Shown in pieces: positions 57,172-64,000 of a stretch of DNA of 64,000 bases. Under the pieces are notes generated by a model. The model saw nothing but the letters and a program-made list of their open reading frames with translations. It was not told where the DNA came from and did not search any database. The stretch is from Candidatus Eiseniibacteriota bacterium (GTDB taxonomy: Bacteria > Eisenbacteria > RBG-16-71-46): positions 64,001 through 128,000 of the forward strand of contig JBGAML010000001.1 in the NCBI GenBank assembly GCA_044223005.1, given 5' to 3'. Each line of letters begins with the position of its first letter. Position 1 is the stretch's first letter. The position numbers were made by a program, and so were the translations under genes.

Positions 57172-58200
57172 ATGAAAGCCGTCGTGTTCGACCGCTTCGG
57201 CGGTCCCGAGGTGCTCGAGACCCGCGAGATCCCCGAGCCGGTGATGGGCCCGGACCAGGCGCTGGTCCGCGTGCGCGCCTGCGCGATCAACCACCTCGAC
57301 CTGTGGGTGCGCGGCGGGCTGCCCGGGCTCTCGCCCGTGATGCCGCACGTGCTCGGCAACGACGTCGTGGGAGAAGTGCTGGCCGTCGGCGAAGCCGTGA
57401 AGCACGTGCAGCCCGGGCAGAAGACGCTCGTGCTGCCGACGCTCTCGTGCGGCGCGTGCCCCGCGTGCATGAACGGCGACGACAACCTCTGCCGCCAGTA
57501 CGACGTGCTCGGTCGCGGCGCGCAGGGCGGCTACGCCGAACGGATCGTGGTGCCGGGCGTGAACTGCCTGCCCTACCCCGAACGGCTCGCGTGGGAGGAG
57601 GCGGCCGCGGTGCCGCTCGTCTTCCTCACCGCGTGGCACATGCTCGTCGGGCGCGCGCACCTGCGCGCGGGCGAGGACGTGCTCGTGATCGGCGCCGGCA
57701 GCGGCGTCGGGACCGCCGCGATCCAGGTCGCACGCCTGCTGGGCGCGCGCGTCATCGCCACCGCCGGCGCGCCGGAGCGGCTCGAGCGGGCGCGGGCGCT
57801 GGGCGCGCACGAGACGATCGACCATGCGCGCGAGGACGTCGCGGCGCGGGTGCGCGCGCTCACCGGCAAGAAGGGCGTCGAGGTCGTGTTCGAGCACGTG
57901 GGCGGCCGCATCTTCGAGGCGGGGGTCGCGGCGCTGGCGCGCAACGGCCGGCTCGTCACCTGCGGCGCCACCACCGGCGCGAAGGTCACGCTCGACGTGA
58001 ACCTGCTCTTCGGCCGTCACCTCGCGCTGCTCGGCTCGTGGATGGGGCGGCGTGCGGAGCTGGTCGAGGTCCTGAAGCACGTCGAGTCGGGCGCGCTGCG
58101 TCCCGTCGTCGACACGGTGCTGCCGCTCGCCGAGGCGCGCCGCGCCCACGAACGGATCGAGTCCCGCGCCCAGTTCGGGAAGGTGGTGCTGGTCCCGTGA
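57172..58200 (+). CDS. Zinc-binding alcohol dehydrogenase / MDR family oxidoreductase
   Basis: FGGPEVL, INHLD, the structural Zn site CGACPAC..C, GAGSGVG and GKVVL. Confidence 0.9.
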   Translation: MKAVVFDRFGGPEVLETREIPEPVMGPDQALVRVRACAINHLDLWVRGGLPGLSPVMPHVLGNDVVGEVLAVGEAVKHVQPGQKTLVLPTLSCGACPACMNGDDNLCRQYDVLGRGAQGGYAERIVVPGVNCLPYPERLAWEEAAAVPLVFLTAWHMLVGRAHLRAGEDVLVIGAGSGVGTAAIQVARLLGARVIATAGAPERLERARALGAHETIDHAREDVAARVRALTGKKGVEVVFEHVGGRIFEAGVAALARNGRLVTCGATTGAKVTLDVNLLFGRHLALLGSWMGRRAELVEVLKHVESGALRPVVDTVLPLAEARRAHERIESRAQFGKVVLVP

Positions 58201-58580
58201 GCCGCCGTCGCCGCCGCTGGCTGAACCTCGAGAACAAGCACGAACCCCTCGCCCCGGCGCACGTCTACCGGCGCCGGCTGCGCAACAGCGCCGCGAGCGC
58301 GCTGGCGCTGATCGCCGTCTCGCTGCTGATCGGCGTGGCCGGGTACCACTGGATCTGCGGCATCCCCTCGTGGGTCGACTGCCTCTACAACGCGTCCATG
58401 ATCCTCGGCGGCATGGGTCCGGTGGCCGAGATCGGCTCCGACGCGGGCAAGGTGTTCGCCTCGTTCTACGCGCTCTTCAGCGGCGTCGTGCTGCTCGCCA
58501 GCGTCGGCGTGACGATCGCGCCCGCCGTGCACCGCGTGCTGCACCAGTTCCACGTCGAGTGCGAGGACGATCCCTCGTGA
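58197..58580 (+). CDS. Small two-TM membrane protein resembling an ion-channel pore module
   Basis: GTGA overlaps at both ends. TM - SWVDCLYNASMILGGMGP - GKVFASFYALFSG TM. Confidence 0.7.
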   Translation: MSRRRRRWLNLENKHEPLAPAHVYRRRLRNSAASALALIAVSLLIGVAGYHWICGIPSWVDCLYNASMILGGMGPVAEIGSDAGKVFASFYALFSGVVLLASVGVTIAPAVHRVLHQFHVECEDDPS

Positions 58581-59968
58581 GCGTTCCCCCGCCCGCGGCC
58601 GGCCGGTCCTGGTTCGACGCGGCGGACGCGCCCACGCGGCGCGAGCTCGACACCTGCATCCACTGCGGCCTCTGCCTCACGGCGTGCCCCACCTACCGCA
58701 CGCTGAAGATCGAGCCCGACTCGCCGCGCGGACGGCTGTGGCTCATGCGCGGGCTCGCGGAGGGCGCGATCGAGCCCGACGACGCGCTCGTCGGTCACCT
58801 CGACCGCTGCCTCGACTGCCGCGCGTGCGAAACCGTCTGCCCCGCGGGCGTACCGTACGGCCGCATGCTCGAGGCGACGCGCGGCCAGGTGGAGCGCCGC
58901 GTGCGCCGGGGCTCGCCGCTGCGCGCGTTCGCGGGCTGGGTGCTCGCCGAGGTGCTGCCACACCGCGAGCGTGTGCACCTCGCGGCCGACCTCCTGCGGC
59001 TCGGGCAGGTGGGCCCGCTCGGGCGCTGGCTCGCCGGCGACGGCGCGGGGCTGCTGCCCGCGTTCGCGCGCCGCGGGTTCGCGACCACGCCCCCGATCGC
59101 GCCGCGCGGCGAACGCGCGCTCGCCGCGGTCGCGGCGCGGCTGCCCGCCGGCGCGACGATGCGCGAGACGCCGGACGGCGTCGTGTTCGCGCCCGCCGGG
59201 ATCCCGAAGGCGCGCGTGGCGCTGCACGAGACGTGCGTCATGGAGGCGATGTTCCCGCACACGCACCGCGAGACCGTGCGGCTGCTCGTGCTCGCGGGGC
59301 TCGAGGTGACCGCACCGCGCGCCGGCACGTGCTGCGGCGCGCTGCACGCGCACGCCGGGCGCCCCGAGGAAGCGAAATCGCTCGCGCGCCGCAACGTGCA
59401 CGCGTTCGGCGCGGAGTTCGAGTTCGTGGTGTCGCACTCGGCGGGCTGCGGCGCGGCCCTCCGCGAGGCGGGCCACCGGCTGGAGCACGACCCGGAGGCG
59501 GAGGCGTTCGCCGCGCGCGTGCGCGACGTGTCGGAAGTGCTCGAGCAGTTCGGGCTGCCGCCCGCGCACCGCCCGCTCGCGGCGCCGGGGGGCGCGCGGC
59601 CGCTGCGCGTGGCGATGCACGATCCCTGTCACCTCGCGCACGCGCAGAAGGTGCGCGAGGCTCCGCGGCGGCTGGTGCGCGCGCTGCCCGGCGTCGAGCT
59701 CGTGAACCTGCCCGAGAGCGACTGGTGCTGCGGCAGCGCCGGCGTCTACAACCTCGTCCAGCCCGAGCTGGCCGACGCGCAGCTCGCCGGCAAGCTCGAC
59801 CGCGTCGCCGCGGTGGCGCCGGACGTGGTGATCGCGTCGAACCCCGGCTGCCTGCTCCACATGCAGCGCGGCGCCCGCGAGCGCGGGATGCACGTGCGCT
59901 TCCTGCACCTCGCGGACCTGCTCGGCGAAGCGTACCCGCCGCCCGCGCGCCGCGCGCACGGCGCGTGA
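58577..59968 (+). CDS. glcF: Glycolate oxidase iron-sulfur subunit GlcF-like (4Fe-4S plus CCG domains)
   Basis: CIHCGLCLTACP, SPRGR, CLDCRACETVCP, CCGALH, HDPCHL, CCGSAG and NPGC motifs. Confidence 0.85.
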   Translation: MSVPPPAAGRSWFDAADAPTRRELDTCIHCGLCLTACPTYRTLKIEPDSPRGRLWLMRGLAEGAIEPDDALVGHLDRCLDCRACETVCPAGVPYGRMLEATRGQVERRVRRGSPLRAFAGWVLAEVLPHRERVHLAADLLRLGQVGPLGRWLAGDGAGLLPAFARRGFATTPPIAPRGERALAAVAARLPAGATMRETPDGVVFAPAGIPKARVALHETCVMEAMFPHTHRETVRLLVLAGLEVTAPRAGTCCGALHAHAGRPEEAKSLARRNVHAFGAEFEFVVSHSAGCGAALREAGHRLEHDPEAEAFAARVRDVSEVLEQFGLPPAHRPLAAPGGARPLRVAMHDPCHLAHAQKVREAPRRLVRALPGVELVNLPESDWCCGSAGVYNLVQPELADAQLAGKLDRVAAVAPDVVIASNPGCLLHMQRGARERGMHVRFLHLADLLGEAYPPPARRAHGA

Positions 59969-61260
59969 GCGCGCCGCGCCTCTCGCGCCGCGCGGTGGCG
60001 GCGCTCTTCCTCGCGCGCCAGCGGCTGGACCGCCCGCGCGGCCGGCGGCTCGGGGCGAGGGCGCTGCGCGACTTCGCCGAGGCGACGTGCGGCGTGCAGA
60101 TCGACAGCGTCAACGTGGTCGATCGCGCGCACCACCTGTCGCTGTGGAGCCGCTTCGGGCCCTACGACCGGCGCAGGCTCGAGAAGCTGCTCTACCGCGA
60201 GCGCGTGCTGTTCGAGTACCTCTCGCACGTCGCGTGCTTCGTCGCGACGAGCGACCTGCCGATCTGGAAGTCGATGATGCAGGCGCTGCCCGAGCGCTGG
60301 CGGCAGCGCTGGGGCGACGACCCGCCCGCGACGCTCTGCGACCAGGTCGAGGCCGAGATCGCCGCGCACGGTACCCGCGGCAACGCCGACTTCGAGCGCC
60401 CGGGCGGTGGCCGCGCCGGCGGCTGGTGGAGCTGGAAGCCGGCCCAGCACGCGCTCGACTACCTGTGGAAGTGCGGCCGCATCGCGGTCCACTCGCGCGA
60501 GAACTTCCAGAAGCGCTACGCCGTCATGGACCGCGTCCTGCCCGCCTGGCGCGACACCGAGGCCGTGCCGTACGCGTCGCTGCCGCGCGTGCGCGTGCTG
60601 CGCTCGCTCGCGGCGATGGGCGCCGCGACGCGTGCCGACCTCGCGGGCTACTGGACGTGGCCGCGCCTGCCCGCGGCGACGATCGGCGGCGCGCTTCGCG
60701 ACCTCGTGGACACGGGCGAGGTCGTGGAGCTGCGCGCCGACTTCGACGATGCGCCCTACTACGCGCGCGCCGAGGACCTGCCCGCGCTGGCGCGCGCCGC
60801 GCGCGTCCGCCGGCCCTCGCGCGGCACCACGCTGCTCTCGCCCTTCGACTCGCTGCTCTGGCACCGCGACCGCGTCGAGCGGCTCTGGGGCTTTCGTTAT
60901 CGCATCGAGATCTACGTGCCCGGCCACCAGCGCACGCACGGCTACTACACGCTGCCGCTGCTGCACGAGGGCATGTTCGTCGGCCGCGTCGACCTCAAGA
61001 CGCATCGCGACGCGGGCGTGCTCGAGGCGCGGCACGTGCATCTCGAGCCGTGGCTCGGCCGGGCCGCGGACCCGCCCGGCGTGTGCTGGGGCGCGCCCCC
61101 GGACACCGCCGGCGTCCTCGCAGGGCTCGCCGACGCGCTCCACTCGCTCGCGCGCTTCGTCGGCGCGGAGCAGGTCCGCGTGGGGCGCGTGACGCCGGCC
61201 GCCGCGAAGCCGGCGCTGGCCCGCGCCCTGCGGGCCGCGGGGAGCGGTTCCGCCCGCTGA
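59965..61260 (+). CDS. YcaQ/AlkZ (HTH_42) family DNA glycosylase
   Basis: QIDSV catalytic-type motif, LFEY, LLSPFDSL, YRIEIYVP and GYY. Confidence 0.85.
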   Translation: MSAPRLSRRAVAALFLARQRLDRPRGRRLGARALRDFAEATCGVQIDSVNVVDRAHHLSLWSRFGPYDRRRLEKLLYRERVLFEYLSHVACFVATSDLPIWKSMMQALPERWRQRWGDDPPATLCDQVEAEIAAHGTRGNADFERPGGGRAGGWWSWKPAQHALDYLWKCGRIAVHSRENFQKRYAVMDRVLPAWRDTEAVPYASLPRVRVLRSLAAMGAATRADLAGYWTWPRLPAATIGGALRDLVDTGEVVELRADFDDAPYYARAEDLPALARAARVRRPSRGTTLLSPFDSLLWHRDRVERLWGFRYRIEIYVPGHQRTHGYYTLPLLHEGMFVGRVDLKTHRDAGVLEARHVHLEPWLGRAADPPGVCWGAPPDTAGVLAGLADALHSLARFVGAEQVRVGRVTPAAAKPALARALRAAGSGSAR

Positions 61261-61376
61261 AACCGCCCGCGCGGCCGCCGTCCGCCGCAGGGGAATCGCT
61301 GCTGCGCCGCCGGGGGCCCAGCCAGTACAATTGCCCCGCTCGAATCCTGCCTCCATCCCGAACGAGGGACCCCCGC

Positions 61377-63980
61377 ATGTCTCGCCCGGCTGCGCTCCGC
61401 ATCGCGTCGTTCGTGCTCCTCGCCGCACTGGTGGCGGCCGCCGTTCCCTTCCTTCGCGAGCGCCTGGGCGGGGAATCCGAAGAACGCGAAGTCGAGCACG
61501 CGCCGTCGGACTGGTTCTACGCCCAGCGCGCCGAGCACGACGGCGGGATTCCCGAGGCGCGTTTCCGCGCCGCATTCGAGCGGGCCGGCGTCGAACGCGC
61601 CGCGGCGGCGCGCGCGGGACTCCGCGAGGCGACGGCACTCACGTGGCAGCCGGCCGGACCGTTCAACATCGGCGGGCGCGTGACCGGGGTGGACGTCGAT
61701 CCCGGCGGCACGATCTGGCTCGGCGCCGCCAACGGCGGCGTGTGGAAGTCGACGACGGCGGGCGCCCACTGGACGTGCACCACCGACGCGATCTCGATCA
61801 TGTCCGTGGGCGCGGTGGCGGCCGACCCGACGACGGCCGGCACGGTGTGGTGCGGCACGGGCGAGGCGAACAGCTCCGTCGACTCGTACGACGGCAACGG
61901 CGTCTGGCGCACCACCGACGGTGGTACGACGTGGGCGCCCATGGGCCTCGCGGCCACGGCGCGCATCGCGCGCATCTGGGTCGATCCCGCGAACCCGCTG
62001 CACGTGCTCGTCGCGGCGATGGGCCGCCAGTTCTCGACCGGCCCCGACCGCGGGCTCTACCGCACGCTCGACGGCGGCGGCACGTGGAACCAGGTGCTGT
62101 TCGTCAACGACTCGACGGGCGTGAACGACATCGCGGTCAATCCGGCGCACCCCGACACGATGTGGTGCGCGACGTGGGAGCGCCTCCGCCGCAACACCTA
62201 TCGCCGCGCGTCGGGCCCCGGCTCCGGCATCTGGCGCAGCATCGACCGCGGCGCCACGTGGACGCGGCTCGCGAACGGACTGCCGACGCCGACCGACTCG
62301 GTCGGGCGGATCTCGCTCGCCGTCGCGCGCTCGGCGCCGTCGACCGTGTACGCGCAGATCGTGACCGGCGCGAGCCTCAGCTACGTCGGCCTCGGCGTGT
62401 ACCGCACCACGGACGCGGGCGACCACTGGCAGAAGCGCGACACCGGCACGACGTTCAAGTACTCCTTCGGCGGCACCGCGGGCTTCGGCTGGTACTTCGG
62501 CAGCATGGCCGTGGACCCCGCGAATCCCAACCAGGTCTACACGCTCGGCGTGAACCTGCTGCGCTCGCTCGACGGCGGCGTCACGTTCGCCGACCTCACG
62601 GGTGCGGCGCACGTGGACCACCACGCGATCTGGATCGATCCCGCGAACGGCCAGCACATCCTGCTCGGCAACGACGGCGGCTTCTACTCGACCACCAACG
62701 GCGGCACGTGGACGGGCACGACCGACCTGCCCATCTCGCAGTTCTACGCGGGGGACGTCGACGCGACGAACCCGGCACGGATCTTCGGCGGCCTGCAGGA
62801 CAACAACTCGGTCATGACCGCGAGCGGACCGTCGAGCTGGCTCGCCGTGCTCGGCGGCGACGGCTTCTGGATGCTCAGCGACCCGGTGACGCCGAACGTC
62901 GTGTTCAGCGAGTGGCAGAACTGCAGCAGCGGTGGCGGCTTCAAGCGCTCGACCACCGGCGGCCCCTCACCCGCGTCCACCTCCGGCTGGAACGGTTCCG
63001 ACCGCTGGGGCTGGTCGACGCCGATCGCGATGAACCCGCTCAACCACAACGTGCTCGTGAGCGGCAGCCAGTTCGCCTACCGCAGCGACAACAACGGCGT
63101 GACGTGGGTGAAGTCGAGCGCCCAGAACTTGTCCACGAACCCGGTCTCGCAGCTGGTCTACGGCTGCATCACGACGATCGCCATCTCGGCCGCGGACACG
63201 TCGCTCTACTACGCCGGCACCGACGATGGAAAGGTGTGGCGCTCGACCAATCGCGGCGCCGCATGGACGGACGTCAGCGCCGGGCTCCCCGGGCGCTGGG
63301 TGACGCGCGTCGTGCCCGACCCCGTCGACCCGCAGGTGGTCTACGTCACCGAATCGGGCTTCTCGTCCGACGAGACGCCGGCGCTCGTCTGGCTCAGCCG
63401 CGACCGCGGCGCGACCTGGCAGTCGATCGGCGGCAACCTCCCGAACGCGCCCGGGAACGACCTGGTCGTCGACCCGCTCGACTCGGCGACGCTCTACCTC
63501 GCGACCGACCTGGGGGTCTGGGTGACCCGCAACGGGGGCGCCGGCTGGTCGCCGCTCGGGGCCGGGCTGCCCATGCAGGCCGTCTTCGACCTCACGCTCC
63601 ACGCCGCCACGCGGCGGCTCTTCGCCTTCACGCACGGCCGCTCGGCGTGGTCGCTCGACCTCACCGGCATGCCCGCCGCGGCGCCCCCGGCGGCCGCGCC
63701 GGCAGGCCTCGCGCTGTCGGCCCCGTGGCCCAATCCCGCGCGGGGAGCGGTCCAGATCGCACTCACGCTCGCGCGCGACGCCGACGCGGAAGTCGTGTTG
63801 TGGGACGTGTTTGGCCGCCGCGTCTCGACGCTGCACACGGGGCGTCTCGCGGCCGGACGGCACGTGCTCGCGTGGGACGGACGCGACGCGCGCGGCGCTC
63901 GTGTGCGTGCTGGCGTCTACTTCGCGCGCGCCTCGAGCGGCGGTGAGAGCCGCACCGCGCGGGTCGTCTTCGGCGACTGA
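61377..63980 (+). CDS. Secreted BNR/Asp-box beta-propeller protein with a C-terminal FlgD-Ig domain
   Basis: N-terminal hydrophobic signal, WQPAGPFNIGGR, many (S/T)xDxGxTW boxes, and PWPNP...WDGRDARG...AGVYFAR. Confidence 0.85.
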   Translation: MSRPAALRIASFVLLAALVAAAVPFLRERLGGESEEREVEHAPSDWFYAQRAEHDGGIPEARFRAAFERAGVERAAAARAGLREATALTWQPAGPFNIGGRVTGVDVDPGGTIWLGAANGGVWKSTTAGAHWTCTTDAISIMSVGAVAADPTTAGTVWCGTGEANSSVDSYDGNGVWRTTDGGTTWAPMGLAATARIARIWVDPANPLHVLVAAMGRQFSTGPDRGLYRTLDGGGTWNQVLFVNDSTGVNDIAVNPAHPDTMWCATWERLRRNTYRRASGPGSGIWRSIDRGATWTRLANGLPTPTDSVGRISLAVARSAPSTVYAQIVTGASLSYVGLGVYRTTDAGDHWQKRDTGTTFKYSFGGTAGFGWYFGSMAVDPANPNQVYTLGVNLLRSLDGGVTFADLTGAAHVDHHAIWIDPANGQHILLGNDGGFYSTTNGGTWTGTTDLPISQFYAGDVDATNPARIFGGLQDNNSVMTASGPSSWLAVLGGDGFWMLSDPVTPNVVFSEWQNCSSGGGFKRSTTGGPSPASTSGWNGSDRWGWSTPIAMNPLNHNVLVSGSQFAYRSDNNGVTWVKSSAQNLSTNPVSQLVYGCITTIAISAADTSLYYAGTDDGKVWRSTNRGAAWTDVSAGLPGRWVTRVVPDPVDPQVVYVTESGFSSDETPALVWLSRDRGATWQSIGGNLPNAPGNDLVVDPLDSATLYLATDLGVWVTRNGGAGWSPLGAGLPMQAVFDLTLHAATRRLFAFTHGRSAWSLDLTGMPAAAPPAAAPAGLALSAPWPNPARGAVQIALTLARDADAEVVLWDVFGRRVSTLHTGRLAAGRHVLAWDGRDARGARVRAGVYFARASSGGESRTARVVFGD

Positions 63981-64000
63981 TCGGGGACGCGCGCGAGCCG

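Noticed and set aside
46300..58500. Genomic island or prophage
   Set aside because: I saw no integrase, transposase, tRNA, att-like repeats or obvious composition shift.
59965..61260. AlkZ-like self-resistance gene marking a genotoxin biosynthetic cluster
   Set aside because: It has the QxD motif of the housekeeping YcaQ type, and no PKS/NRPS genes are in the window.

Overview
A 64-kb, very GC-rich, gene-dense bacterial chromosomal segment with about 44 CDS. I recognised no rRNA, tRNA, CRISPR array or transposase. Five secreted proteins carry a C-terminal FlgD-Ig/T9SS-like sorting domain, which suggests an FCB-group organism such as Ca. Eisenbacteria (inference). Ordinary content: a reductive pyrimidine catabolism cluster (class III aminotransferase, dihydropyrimidinase, preT/preA, NCS1 permease), asnA, corA, MarC, an AAA+/VWA pair, an ABC exporter, split glcDE/glcF, and a YcaQ-like glycosylase. 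Highlights: (1) a secreted ~1220-aa cytochrome with 49 CxxCH motifs built from tandem tri-heme modules, plus a CbcL-like multiheme/cytochrome-b fusion at the window edge; (2) an ECF sigma / zinc anti-sigma / TPR-CHAT protease / subtilase-lipoprotein operon, with a twice-repeated GTATC-N18-ACCTCT motif that looks like the sigma factor's own promoter; (3) two small exported paralogues ending HFSRYG..KAGW (ZU5/GAIN-like autoproteolysis motif), each preceded, like the giant cytochrome, by a sigma54-type -24/-12 site; (4) an orphan SbnI/SerK-like serine kinase. All product calls come from motif recognition by eye, not database searches.
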